The translations under genes were made by a program, and so were the position numbers. The notes under the pieces were generated by a model. The model saw nothing but the letters and a program-made list of their open reading frames with translations. It was not told the DNA's origin and ran no database searches. 64,000 bases of DNA from a bacterium (GTDB lineage Bacteria > Lindowbacteria > 2-12-FULL-62-27), in NCBI GenBank assembly GCA_016202645.1, contig JACQOF010000127.1, forward strand, positions 3,781-67,780, written 5' to 3'. The stretch's first letter is position 1, and the number at the start of each line of letters is the position of its first letter. Shown here in pieces: positions 1-9,518 of this stretch.

Positions 1-1036
1 TTTCCTTGTCGCGGCCCACCACGCGGAATCCCGCCGTACGGTTGTCGAAACTCCACGCCAGGCCCGTCGGCGCCCAGGATGCGGGCTGGTAGCGCTTGTA
101 GGCGTTGACCGTTGGCGCATAAAACACCGAGAGTTCCCGCGCGTGGGCGATCCAACCGCCGAGAAACCACCGGAAAATATCGGAACACGGGATGCCGGAT
201 AGACTCCGGGTTCCCGGAAAAACATTCCGGCCGCCTCTCCATATGGATAAGTGCACGTGACAGCTCGATCCGGCGCCGGATTCGGCGACTTTCGACATGA
301 ACGTCACGCTCACGCCCATCCGGTCCGCGGTTTCCTTCAGGCACTGCTTGAAGATCGAATGCCGGTCGGCCATGTCGAGGACTTCGGCGTAGCGGACGTT
401 GATCTCGTGCTGGCCAAGACCCCATTCGCCCTTCGAATTTTCAACCGGAATGCCGGACCGCTTCAGCGCGCGGCGGACTTCGCCGGTGAAATCCTCCTCC
501 CGCGCGCCCTGAAGGGCATGATAGTCCTCGAGGTACCATCCGGCCGGATGAAGATCCCGGTAGTCGCGCGTCGCGGCGTCGCGATACGAATCGCGGTAGA
601 GATAATACTCGAGTTCGGACGCGCCCATGGCGGTGTATCCGAGCTTGGCGAGCTCACCGACCTGTTTTTTGAGGATCGACCGCGGAGCGACTTCGACCGG
701 GTGATGCGTTTTGTCGTCAATCAAGTCGCACAGCGCAAGCGCCGTCCGGTCTAGCCATGCGGCCGTGCGGAGTGTGGTGAGGTCCGGAACCATGTGGAAA
801 TCGCCGTAGCCCTTTTCCCAGTTCGCGTATCCGTACCCGGGAACCGGGACCATTTCCATATCGACAGTCAGCAGGTAATCGCAGGCGTGCGTGCCTTCTT
901 TCAGCGCATGCTTCAAGAAGAAATCAGCGTCCAGACGCTTGCCCATGAAACGGCCGTAGAGGTCCGGAAACACCAGAAGCACGGTGTCGACCCGGCCCGA
1001 TTTGGCCAGCCGGGACAATTCCTTGACGGTCAGCAT
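1..1036 (-). CDS. Glutamine synthetase-family protein (gamma-glutamyl-amine ligase/GlnA4/PuuA-like); 3' end runs off the window
   Basis: Not in the ORF track because there is no stop in the window. Manual translation from ATG 1036: MLTVKELSRLAKSGRVDTVLLVFPDLYGRFMGKR...ASELEYYL...SKGEWGLGQHEIN...GSSCHVHLSIW...DNRTAGFRVV (GS catalytic motifs). Confidence 0.85.
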   Translation of the reverse strand, partial: MLTVKELSRLAKSGRVDTVLLVFPDLYGRFMGKRLDADFFLKHALKEGTHACDYLLTVDMEMVPVPGYGYANWEKGYGDFHMVPDLTTLRTAAWLDRTALALCDLIDDKTHHPVEVAPRSILKKQVGELAKLGYTAMGASELEYYLYRDSYRDAATRDYRDLHPAGWYLEDYHALQGAREEDFTGEVRRALKRSGIPVENSKGEWGLGQHEINVRYAEVLDMADRHSIFKQCLKETADRMGVSVTFMSKVAESGAGSSCHVHLSIWRGGRNVFPGTRSLSGIPCSDIFRWFLGGWIAHARELSVFYAPTVNAYKRYQPASWAPTGLAWSFDNRTAGFRVVGRDKE

Positions 1037-1084
1037 GCCCTCAAGTATGCCGTGACTTGATCCAAAAAGAAAGGATGGGATGCG

Positions 1085-1357
1085 GTGGCGGATGTAGCGG
1101 AGCGGATCGTGGCGGCGCTCAAGACTCGGTTGAATGCCGAGTCGGTTGAGATCGCTGATGAGAGCGCAGGGCATGCCGGCCACGCCGGCGCGATGCGGGG
1201 CGGCGGGCATTACCGGGTGACGGTGGTGTCCGGGGAGTTTGCGGGCAAGTCCCGCGTCGAGCGGCACCGCATGGTCTACGAGGCGCTGGAGTCGGAGATG
1301 GGCGCGGCGATCCACGCCCTGGCTCTGCGGACCCTCGCGCCCGATGAGCGGGCTTAA
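1085..1357 (+). CDS. bolA: BolA family protein
   Basis: DESAGHAGH, GHYRVTVVSGEFAGKSRVERHRMVYEAL, IHALAL signatures. Confidence 0.92.
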   Translation: MADVAERIVAALKTRLNAESVEIADESAGHAGHAGAMRGGGHYRVTVVSGEFAGKSRVERHRMVYEALESEMGAAIHALALRTLAPDERA

Positions 1358-1429
1358 GTTGCGAAATTTGCCGGATGTGGTAGGGTTGACGCGTCAGGTC
1401 AAAAAAACTCAGAGAGGTGAAGATCAACC

Positions 1430-1906
1430 ATGAAAGGGCACGCCGAGTCGATCAAGCTGTTGAACGAGATGCTCCGGTACGAGCTGACCGCGATCAACAT
1501 TTATTTTGTCCAGGGCAAGATGGCGAAGAACTGGGGATACGAGAAATTGAACGCGATTTTTCAGAAGGAGTCCATCGAGGAGATGAAGCACGCGGAGGCG
1601 ATCATCGACCGGATTCTCTATCTGGAGGGCGTTCCGAACATGGCGGCCTACAACAAGATGAAAATCGGGGCCGACGTGCAGAAGATGCTGCAGTACAACT
1701 GGGAAATCGAAAAGGCGGCGATCGACTGCCTGAACCACGGCATCAAGAAGATGGTCGACATCGGCGACAACGGCACCCGGGAACTGGCGGCGAAAATCCT
1801 CATCGACGAGGAGGAACACGCCGACTGGATCGAAGCCCAGCTCCACGCGATCGGCGAAATCGGCCTCGCGCGGTACCTCACGGAGCACTTGCACTCCTCG
1901 ACTTAA
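1430..1906 (+). CDS. bfr: Bacterioferritin
   Basis: ELTAINIY, ESIEEMKHA (heme Met), RILYLEGVP, DEEEHADW ferroxidase ligands; GAGG RBS upstream. Confidence 0.95.
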   Translation: MKGHAESIKLLNEMLRYELTAINIYFVQGKMAKNWGYEKLNAIFQKESIEEMKHAEAIIDRILYLEGVPNMAAYNKMKIGADVQKMLQYNWEIEKAAIDCLNHGIKKMVDIGDNGTRELAAKILIDEEEHADWIEAQLHAIGEIGLARYLTEHLHSST

Positions 1907-1907
1907 A

Positions 1908-2013
1908 GTAACTGTTCAGGTCGTCATGCCCGCGAAGGCGGGCATCCAGATCAATCTCAAAGCAGACTGGATTCCCGCTTTCGCGGGAATGACGGAGAAG
2001 GCTGGATCGTAAG
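1908..2013. mobile_element. MITE copy 1 (GTAAC-type TIRs, REP-like double hairpin core), degenerate
   Basis: GTAACTGTTCAG...CTGGATCGTAAG ends; flanks GACTTAAA/GGCTTAAA (7/8 target duplication); reverse-orientation homologue of 50458-50563. Confidence 0.75.
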
Positions 2014-2022
2014 GGCTTAAAT

Positions 2023-4023
2023 TCATTTCTTTTGTTCCAGCTCCGCTATCACATCCCGCAACGCCGCCGCCTTCTCGAATTCCAGCGCGTCCGCCGCGGC
2101 GAACATCTCGCGCTCGAGACGCCTCACAAGTTCCCGCTTGTCTTTGACCTTTTCCGCAATCTCGATGACATGGTCCTTTTCCACCAGATCGTCCTTCACG
2201 GCGCTCTGGATTGATTTGGGATCGATGCCGTGCGCGCGATTGTACTCGGTCTGCTTCTCCCGCCGCCGCGCCGTTTCCTCGATCGCGCCCTTCATCGCGG
2301 CGGTCATCCGGTCCGCGTAGAGAATCACCCGGCCCCGCACGTGCCGGGCGGCGCGGCCGATGGTCTGGATGAGCGCAACCTTCGACCGCAGGAACCCCTC
2401 CTGGTGGGCGTCGAGTATCGCGACGAGGGAAACTTCCGGGAGATCCAACCCTTCCCGGAGCAGATTGATCCCGACGAGGACGTCGAACCGGCCAAGACGC
2501 AGATCCCGGAGAATCTTGATCCGGTCTAGGGTATCGACGTCGGCGTGAAGATATTTGACCCGCATTTTTTCGCGGCACAAAAATTCAGTGAGGTCCTCCG
2601 CCATCTTTTTTGTAAGGGTCGTCACGAGCGTCCGCTCGCCGGCCGCGGAGACCGCCTGGATTTCCCTCATCAAATCGTCCACCTGGCCCGTCACCGGGCG
2701 GACTTCGATCCGGGGATCCAGAAGTCCCGTCGGCCGGACGATCTGTTCGACGACCTGCGCGGACACAGATCGCTCGTACTCGTCCGGCGTCGCCGACAGG
2801 AAAACAACCTGGCCGACGGATTTTAAAAATTCGTCGTAACTGAGCGGGCGGTTATCATAGGCGCAGGGAAGGCGGAACCCGAAATCGACAAGATTTTTTT
2901 TGCGGGCGCGGTCGCCATTCAGCATGGCATGGATCTGCGGCAGGGTGACGTGACTTTCGTCGATGATCGTCAGAAAATCCGGGCGGGTCCGGGCGGCATT
3001 TGAAAAGTAATCCAGGAGCGTAAACGGCGGATCGCCAGGCGCGCGGCCCGATAGATGGCGGGAATAGTTTTCGATGCCTTTGCAGTAACCGATCTCCGAC
3101 AGCATTTCCAGATCGTAGAGCGTGCGCGACCGGAGCCGTTCGGCGTAGAGGTCCTGGCCGGACTTTTTCAATTCGGCCAGGCGATCGCGCAGTTCCGCTT
3201 CGATGCCGGCCATGGCCGATTTTCGCTTCTCGTCCGTCGTCACGTAGTGTTTGGCCGGGTAGATCACGGCGAAATCGAGAGTCTTGCGGGCCCGGCCCGT
3301 GATCGGTTCGACTTCGACGATGCGTTCCAGCGTGTCGCCGAAAAACTCCAGGCGGTAGGCCGATTCGGAGTAGGCCAGGTAGACTTCCAGCAGATCTCCC
3401 CGGACGCGGAAACTTCCCCGGCGAAAATCGACGTGGCCGTTTTGATACTGCATCCGGACCAGCCGGTGGAGGAGATCCTTCCGGGGATAAGATTCGCCGG
3501 TCTTGAGGATCTGGACCATTTCGAGAAAGTCCTGCGGCGACCCGAGGCCGTAAATGCACGACACCGAGGCGACCACGATGACGTCCCGGCGCGACAGGAC
3601 GGAGGCGGTTGCGGCCAGGCGCAGGCGGTCGATCCGGTCGTTGATGTCGGAATCCTTTTCAATGTAGGTGTCGGTCTGCGGCATGTAGCTTTCGGGCTGA
3701 TAGTAATCATAGAAACTGACGAAATAGTGAACTTCGTTCTTCGGGAAAAAATGCGTGAACTCGGAAAAGAGCTGGGCCGTCAGAGTCTTGTTGTGCGATA
3801 CGACCAGCACCGGACGGCCGACGCGGGCGATCACGTTGGCGAGGGTGAAGGTTTTTCCCGATCCGGTCACGCCGTGCAGGGTTTGAAATCGCGCGCCGGA
3901 CTCGATCCCGCGCACCAGTTTTTCGATGGCCTGTGGCTGGTCTCCGGCCGGAGCGTATTCCGAGCTGATCTCAAACTGCCGCGCATCAGAGCCGGCGATC
4001 GCCGGCGGAGCATTCCGGGGCAT
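2023..4023 (-). CDS. uvrB: Excinuclease ABC subunit B
   Basis: GDQPQAI, GVTGSGKT, YFVSFYDYYQPE, DESH, GINLLREGLDLPEV, QTIGRAAR, C-terminal UVR motif. Confidence 0.98.
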   Translation of the reverse strand: MPRNAPPAIAGSDARQFEISSEYAPAGDQPQAIEKLVRGIESGARFQTLHGVTGSGKTFTLANVIARVGRPVLVVSHNKTLTAQLFSEFTHFFPKNEVHYFVSFYDYYQPESYMPQTDTYIEKDSDINDRIDRLRLAATASVLSRRDVIVVASVSCIYGLGSPQDFLEMVQILKTGESYPRKDLLHRLVRMQYQNGHVDFRRGSFRVRGDLLEVYLAYSESAYRLEFFGDTLERIVEVEPITGRARKTLDFAVIYPAKHYVTTDEKRKSAMAGIEAELRDRLAELKKSGQDLYAERLRSRTLYDLEMLSEIGYCKGIENYSRHLSGRAPGDPPFTLLDYFSNAARTRPDFLTIIDESHVTLPQIHAMLNGDRARKKNLVDFGFRLPCAYDNRPLSYDEFLKSVGQVVFLSATPDEYERSVSAQVVEQIVRPTGLLDPRIEVRPVTGQVDDLMREIQAVSAAGERTLVTTLTKKMAEDLTEFLCREKMRVKYLHADVDTLDRIKILRDLRLGRFDVLVGINLLREGLDLPEVSLVAILDAHQEGFLRSKVALIQTIGRAARHVRGRVILYADRMTAAMKGAIEETARRREKQTEYNRAHGIDPKSIQSAVKDDLVEKDHVIEIAEKVKDKRELVRRLEREMFAAADALEFEKAAALRDVIAELEQKK

Positions 4024-4026
4024 CGG

Positions 4027-5082
4027 TCAGAACCCCCGCAGGATTTCGAGGTCCGAACGCGGAGAGCCGTGGAGCTGGTACCGCTCGCGGTCGCAGACAA
4101 TCTCGCAGACCGACAGGTTCAACTCCAAGGGCGCCGCCTCCGGCAGGAGATCCCTCATTTTTTTCAACATCGAGAGCGCTCCCACCAGCAGGGACGACGG
4201 GCGGCTCGTCGGCAGGAGAAACCGGTAGCGGTGCGTGACGCGCTGGCCCCCGCCGGTCATCTCCAGCGTGAGGGCAAACCCGGCGTGTCCGTTTTTCTGG
4301 AGCTGATCGGAGAGTTCGCCGGTGAGGCGCGTCAGAATTTTCTTGTGGGATTCCGATCCCTCGGCCATCCGGAACATCCCGTTCCGGGACAGGCGGGTCG
4401 GTTTGGCGAAGGGCAGAACTTCGTGGTCGTCTTCGCCCCGGCCGAGCGCCGCCATGCGCCGGCCCTGCCCGGGAAATTTCTTTTCAAGAAGTTCCGCATC
4501 GAGGCCCCCGACTTCGCCGATCTTCTCCAGACCCATCTTCTTGAATTCCTGGATCCACTTCCGCGGAATGCCCCAGAAATGCTTCAGATCAAGGCCGCTC
4601 AGGACGTCGCGGATGTGCGGATCGGAAATGGTCCGGCCTGTCTCGTTCCCGAGTTTGGCGAGAAACTTGTTCCGGGATGCGTGGATGTCGACTCGGAAAG
4701 GATACGGGCGGCGGAAATTCTCCCGGAGAAGGTCTTCGGACCAGCCGTCCGGCTCCTCCGTCAGGTCGCTGAACCATTCATAGAAATCAAGTTGCTCCGT
4801 GAAAGGATACCGCTCGCGCAGGCTGCTGTTCAGCTGGTCCGATATCCGCGCGTAAGATTGATAGTCGGCGGGCACAAACACGCCGTCCGGCAGGGCCGCC
4901 CGGGCTTTGTCCAGCGGCATCCGCCGCCGAACCCCCCGCGCCGCGGCGCTCTCGGAACACGCCACCACAAACCCGGGCTCATCCGGAAAATGCAGAGCCA
5001 ACGCGGCCTCCTCCCCAAGACCCAGCCGGGCCCGCTCGATTGTCAAATAAAAATCCCGCACCGACACATGAACGATCCTCAT
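4027..5082 (-). CDS. Y-family (DinB/ImuB-like) polymerase homologue, catalytic acidic residues degenerate
   Basis: MRIVHVSVRDFY, VVACSESAAARGVRRRMPL, NKFLAKL, FWGI HhH-like segment; start re-placed at ATG 5082. Confidence 0.75.
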   Translation of the reverse strand: MRIVHVSVRDFYLTIERARLGLGEEAALALHFPDEPGFVVACSESAAARGVRRRMPLDKARAALPDGVFVPADYQSYARISDQLNSSLRERYPFTEQLDFYEWFSDLTEEPDGWSEDLLRENFRRPYPFRVDIHASRNKFLAKLGNETGRTISDPHIRDVLSGLDLKHFWGIPRKWIQEFKKMGLEKIGEVGGLDAELLEKKFPGQGRRMAALGRGEDDHEVLPFAKPTRLSRNGMFRMAEGSESHKKILTRLTGELSDQLQKNGHAGFALTLEMTGGGQRVTHRYRFLLPTSRPSSLLVGALSMLKKMRDLLPEAAPLELNLSVCEIVCDRERYQLHGSPRSDLEILRGF

Positions 5083-5092
5083 CGCCGATATC

Positions 5093-5779
5093 TTATCGGT
5101 TCCCCCCTTCCCGCGCAACTGCGTTCCCCAGTGAAAAACGCTTCTTCCCGGGACCCAATGTCGCGCCCCGGAGATACATTGGCAACAATCTGATCGCATC
5201 CGTGGTTTCTCCCGCGGCCGCTTTGAGCGCCGCCAGACGCGGGAGGCCGAGATAGAGCCCTTCGGGATTGACCGCAACCAGCGTTGCGTCTTTGGGGATT
5301 TTTATCCGCAGGGCGCCCGTTGAGGAAACGGCCGCGGGTGCGCGTTCGCAGACCGGCATCCGGTCGCCCTCGATTCGGTAGCCGGCGATGTACTCCAGAT
5401 CGCGGGCCGCCGGGAAGCGCACAAAGAAGCGCCCGGAACGCCCGGCCATGAGATGGGCGCCGACGGCGGCCGCTTCCAACCGGTTCACGCCGACCATCGG
5501 CAGATTCAAGGACTGCGAAACGGCCTTGGCCATCGACAATCCCACGCGAAGCGCCGTGAATCCTCCAGGCCCGACGCCTCCGGCGATAAATGCCAGTGAG
5601 GCGATCGCGACACCGGATTCGGATTGGATTTCTGAAAGAGCCCGGGTCAGCCATGTGAGAGATGTCGGTCCGGAAAGCGCGCGCCGCTCGGCCAGAATGC
5701 GGCCGCCGCCGTATATGCCGACCAAGGCAATCCGATCAGCGGTATCGATCAACAGGAACCGATCTTGAGACTGATTCAT
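5093..5779 (-). CDS. tsaB: tRNA t6A biosynthesis protein TsaB
   Basis: LLIDTA, GVGPGGFTALRVGLSMAKA, LLPMYLR; ATG 5779 overlaps the tsaE stop (ATGA). Confidence 0.88.
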   Translation of the reverse strand: MNQSQDRFLLIDTADRIALVGIYGGGRILAERRALSGPTSLTWLTRALSEIQSESGVAIASLAFIAGGVGPGGFTALRVGLSMAKAVSQSLNLPMVGVNRLEAAAVGAHLMAGRSGRFFVRFPAARDLEYIAGYRIEGDRMPVCERAPAAVSSTGALRIKIPKDATLVAVNPEGLYLGLPRLAALKAAAGETTDAIRLLPMYLRGATLGPGKKRFSLGNAVAREGGNR

Positions 5780-6261
5780 GGACCGCCCCCAACACGGAAT
5801 GGAGAAATTTCCGTCCTGGAAATTTCTGAGACTGGAGCGTTGGGGACTGGACATCCCTGTCCGCCGGCCAGGCGCTTCATGCGGATGTCCCTCCGGGCGG
5901 GATCGGACGTGTGCCGGAATGTTATTTCGAGACGCTGGCCCGGCATCAACGCTGGAAATTTGTCCGCCCACTCCACAAAAATCGCGGCGCGCGGGCCCGC
6001 CAGCAATTCCTCCCAGCCAAGCGACAGGACATCCTCCGCGGTATTCAGCCGATACCAGTCGAAATGATGGACCGGACCCTCCGGAAGGTCATATCGCGCA
6101 TGGAGGATAAATGTCGGGCTGACCACCTGTTTCGCCAGACGGGCTGAGCGCTTCCGGACCCACTCCCGGACAAAAGTGGTCTTGCCGGCGCCGAGCGGCC
6201 CCACGAGCGCAACGATGGACCCGGGAGGAATCTCGATTTTGCGGTGGGAGACGGCCATCAA
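5776..6261 (-). CDS. tsaE: tRNA t6A ATPase TsaE
   Basis: GPLGAGKTT, VVSPTF, HFDWYRL, VEWA. Confidence 0.93.
   Translation of the reverse strand: MMAVSHRKIEIPPGSIVALVGPLGAGKTTFVREWVRKRSARLAKQVVSPTFILHARYDLPEGPVHHFDWYRLNTAEDVLSLGWEELLAGPRAAIFVEWADKFPALMPGQRLEITFRHTSDPARRDIRMKRLAGGQGCPVPNAPVSEISRTEISPFRVGGGP
5811..5865. repeat. Dispersed ~55-bp repeat, copy A (inside tsaE 3' end)
   Basis: 49/55 identical to 14830-14884. Confidence 0.85.
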
Positions 6262-7223
6262 AACCTGTGCAAAAACCCCTGGGCCATGAGGGGGACTTCC
6301 GGGCGCTTCTCCATATTATATAGGCGGCCCCCACGGGCGGGGGCACGGCGGATCCGGCCGATGCAGGTGTACCGCGCCTGGATGATGCGCGGGATGGGCG
6401 GGCGCGCGGTAAAGAGAAGCACGTAGTCTTCGCCGCCAATCGCGGCTTCCGAGATCGGATCCAGGCCCAGAGACGTGAAGGCCTTCCGGGTGGATGGAGA
6501 CATGGGCAGACGACCGGGAAATATTCCGGCGGCGACACAACTGGCGGCGCAAAGGCGATAGAGATCGAGAAGCAGTCCATCCGAAACATCCATCATGGCG
6601 GTAACGCAGGGCAGTTTCGATAAAATCGCTCCAGCATTTTTCTGGGCCTTCGGCCGAAGATGGGCTTGGGCCAAATCTTTTGGAACCCGGCGGCGCGCCC
6701 GGAACAGGTGCAAGGCGGCGCGGGACGCCCCAACTTCGCCGGAGAGATAAATCAGGTCGCCGGGCCGGGCGCCCGACCTTGAAATGAATCGTTTTTCAAG
6801 TTTCCCCGCGACGGAAATATCGACAAACAGTTTCGGCGCCCGCGTCACGTCACCGCCGACGATCGGCGTCCGGTACTCGCCGGCCGCCTGGGCCATGCCG
6901 GACAGAAGTTCCCGGACCTGTGGGAGCCGGACGCCTTTGGGAATGCCCACCGTAGCCAGCGCCGCCGACGGGCACGCGCCGCAGGCGTAGATGTCCGACA
7001 CCGCGGCAGATACGGCCTTGTAGCCGACATCCGCCCAGGAAAAATATCGGAGATCAAAATCGACGCCCTCCTGCAGAGCGTCCGACGTCAGTACCACGTC
7101 GGTCTTGCCGATCCGCACCAGCGCCGCGTCATCCCCCGGGCCGATCCGCACGCCCAATTTCCGGGCGCGGGAATCCGCCTTGAACCGACGATAAACCTCC
7201 CCAAGGACTGTCTGCTCGTTCAA
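6258..7223 (-). CDS. thiL: Thiamine-monophosphate kinase
   Basis: GPGDDAA, SDIYACGA, IVGGD, RSGARPGD, MDVSDGL, GGEDYVLLFT. Confidence 0.95.
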   Translation of the reverse strand: MNEQTVLGEVYRRFKADSRARKLGVRIGPGDDAALVRIGKTDVVLTSDALQEGVDFDLRYFSWADVGYKAVSAAVSDIYACGACPSAALATVGIPKGVRLPQVRELLSGMAQAAGEYRTPIVGGDVTRAPKLFVDISVAGKLEKRFISRSGARPGDLIYLSGEVGASRAALHLFRARRRVPKDLAQAHLRPKAQKNAGAILSKLPCVTAMMDVSDGLLLDLYRLCAASCVAAGIFPGRLPMSPSTRKAFTSLGLDPISEAAIGGEDYVLLFTARPPIPRIIQARYTCIGRIRRAPARGGRLYNMEKRPEVPLMAQGFLHRF

Positions 7224-8365
7224 GGCTTGTAAATCCTGGGCAGTCGTTTTCCGAAATCCGTCATGACTTCGTACGGAATCGTGCCGGTCACTTTCGACAT
7301 CTCCCAGAAATCCGGCCCGCGGCTCTGAGCGGGAAACAGTCCATCGTCTCCCAGAATCAGGATGGGGTCGCCGACGGAAATATCATCCGCGACGGCCGTC
7401 AAATCCAGAAACGATTGGTCCATGCAGATCCGGCCCAGAAACGGCAGGGGCCGGCCCCGGAAATGCGCCACCGAATCCGCGCCACGCCGCCAATCCAGAC
7501 CGTCAGCGTATCCGACCTGCACGACCCCGACGGGCGTGAGTTTCCGGACGCGGCCGGCCAACCCGTACCCAACGCCCTCGCCGGGCTCGACCCATTTCAC
7601 GGAGATGAGCCGCGCTTTGACCACCATCGCCTCGGAAAGCCCCAAACGCGCGGCGTGAGACTCTTGGGGGGTTACGCCATAGAGACCCAGTCCCACGCGG
7701 GCCATGTCGTAATGAAAAGCCCGTGACACAAGAACGCCGCCGGTATTTGCCAGATGGCGGATGCGCGGGATCACGCCGAGACGACGCATCTCTTGAAGAC
7801 TCCGTTCAAATCGACGGCGCTGAATCTGCATGAAGGAAGGGTTCTCCAGGGCCGTTGCCAAGTGTGAATAGACACCTTCGACGGAAACGCCCCGAAAGAG
7901 CCCAAGCCGCAGGCTGAAATCTCCCGCCTGGCGCCAAGGCACGCCGAGGCGGTTCATACCCGAATCAATCTTGAGATGCACCACGGCGCGGCGGCCGGCC
8001 CGCGACGCCACGGAATCCAGTTCGTCGGCGAAGTCGATCGTAAACAACGTGAACGTCACATTTCTCAACAGCAGGTCCCGCAGATCACGGCGGTCGACGG
8101 GGCCCATGAGCAGTATCCGCGCGCGCGGACAAACGTCCCGCAGGCGGTGCGCTTCATCCCCCGTCGACACACAAAACCACCGCACACCGGACCGGTACAG
8201 CGCCGCCGACACGCCCTCGATGCCGTGCCCGTACGCGTCCGCCTTGACCACAGCCGCCAGTTGCGCGCGCCCCAGTTTCCTCTGAAACAACCGCGCGTTA
8301 GCGGCGATCCGGTCCAGATAAATTTCAACCCACGCGGGCCGCCGCACCCGCCACTTCCGCCCCAT
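7220..8365 (-). CDS. alr: Alanine racemase
   Basis: AVVKADAYGHG (PLP Lys), HLKIDSGMNRLG, GYADG, GRICMDQ, TIPYE. Confidence 0.96.
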   Translation of the reverse strand: MGRKWRVRRPAWVEIYLDRIAANARLFQRKLGRAQLAAVVKADAYGHGIEGVSAALYRSGVRWFCVSTGDEAHRLRDVCPRARILLMGPVDRRDLRDLLLRNVTFTLFTIDFADELDSVASRAGRRAVVHLKIDSGMNRLGVPWRQAGDFSLRLGLFRGVSVEGVYSHLATALENPSFMQIQRRRFERSLQEMRRLGVIPRIRHLANTGGVLVSRAFHYDMARVGLGLYGVTPQESHAARLGLSEAMVVKARLISVKWVEPGEGVGYGLAGRVRKLTPVGVVQVGYADGLDWRRGADSVAHFRGRPLPFLGRICMDQSFLDLTAVADDISVGDPILILGDDGLFPAQSRGPDFWEMSKVTGTIPYEVMTDFGKRLPRIYKP

Positions 8366-8473
8366 TCCGCCACACTAAATTTTGAACCCGACGTTGTAAA
8401 TCCCCCCAAAAGGGGACGGAGGCTAACAGATTAACAGTTGATGCCGGGTGGCCACTGGTGATAGTGTTTCCTC

Positions 8474-9217
8474 ATGAATGTGAAGGAAAGTTTCATCGAC
8501 CTCGCGACACCCACCGGCCTCATGCGGACGCATGTCTTCGAGCCCGCCACGGAAACGCCCGCCAAGAAGTATCCCGGGCTGTTGTTCTATACGGAGATCT
8601 TCCAGGTCACAGGCCCGATGCGGAGGCTGTCCGCGCAGTTCGCCGCACAAGGATATGTCGTGCTGGTCCCGGAGATATATCACGAACATGAGGCGCCGGG
8701 CACGGTGCTGGGATACGACGAGCCTGGGAAATCGAAGGGAAACGCGTACAAGCACAAGACACGACTGACGACGTTTGATGAAGACGCGCGGGTGGTCATC
8801 CGGGCGCTGAAGGAGTATCCCGCCTGCAGTGGACGGCTTGGTGTGGTCGGTTTCTGCATCGGAGGCCATCTCGCGTTTCGGGCCGCACTCAACAAGGAAA
8901 TCCTTGCGGCCTGCTGCTTCTATCCGACCGATCTCCACAGCGGCACCCTGGGTGAGGGACAGAATGCGGACTCGCTCCGCCGGGTCCAAGACATCCGCGG
9001 GGAACTTCTCATGATCTGGGGGAGACAGGATCCGCACATTCCCTATGAGGGGCGATTGGCGATTTACAAGACCCTGCATGAATCAGGCGCTCGATTCACC
9101 TGGCATGAATTCAACGCGGAACATGCGTTTATGCGGGACGATGGCAACCGCCACAATCCGGCCGACGCCGCGCGCTGTCTCACCCTGGCTTACGATTTGT
9201 TTCATCGAACCCTCTGA
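8474..9217 (+). CDS. Dienelactone hydrolase family protein
   Basis: EIFQV, GFCIGG nucleophile elbow, QDPHIP, HAFMRD. Confidence 0.9.
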   Translation: MNVKESFIDLATPTGLMRTHVFEPATETPAKKYPGLLFYTEIFQVTGPMRRLSAQFAAQGYVVLVPEIYHEHEAPGTVLGYDEPGKSKGNAYKHKTRLTTFDEDARVVIRALKEYPACSGRLGVVGFCIGGHLAFRAALNKEILAACCFYPTDLHSGTLGEGQNADSLRRVQDIRGELLMIWGRQDPHIPYEGRLAIYKTLHESGARFTWHEFNAEHAFMRDDGNRHNPADAARCLTLAYDLFHRTL

Positions 9218-9254
9218 CCTCATCGTTGACATCAGCAGCCAGGGCAGGATAGGG

Positions 9255-9480
9255 TCGCCGACGAACGGAAGGTGCCTTGCTGCACGTGCGGCTGGGTAAA
9301 CGGGAATCCCGTGACTCCGCTTTCTGCGGGGAAATCGGGAGCGGTCACGCCACTGTGAAGGGGTGCCGGCGCCGGATGCCACTGTCCTCCTTCGCCGCCT
9401 GCGATGATGTTCGCGCAGAGACGGCTACGGAGGACGGGAAGGCGGCGCGGCGATACGCCTGAGCCAGGAGACCGGCCTTT
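9255..9480 (+). promoter_or_regulatory. Cobalamin (B12) riboswitch
   Basis: AAGGTG...TAAACGGGAATCCCGTG...AATCGGGAGCGGTCACGCCACTGTGA...GCCACTG...GGGAAGG...B12 box GAGCCAGGAGACCGGCC; upstream of a chelatase-like gene; boundaries approximate. Confidence 0.9.
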
Positions 9481-9518
9481 CGGGACGATCAGATTCTCCT
9501 CGATGAAAGGGGAAGGCC

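Noticed and set aside
251-1060. Plus-strand ORFs 251-754 and 794-1060
   Set aside because: Shadows of the minus-strand glutamine synthetase-like gene
3055-5193. Long opposite-strand ORFs (also 17412-19001, 22774-24360, 32108-34303, 42706-44601, 51549-53465)
   Set aside because: Antisense shadows of well-supported genes in GC-rich DNA; no recognisable motifs
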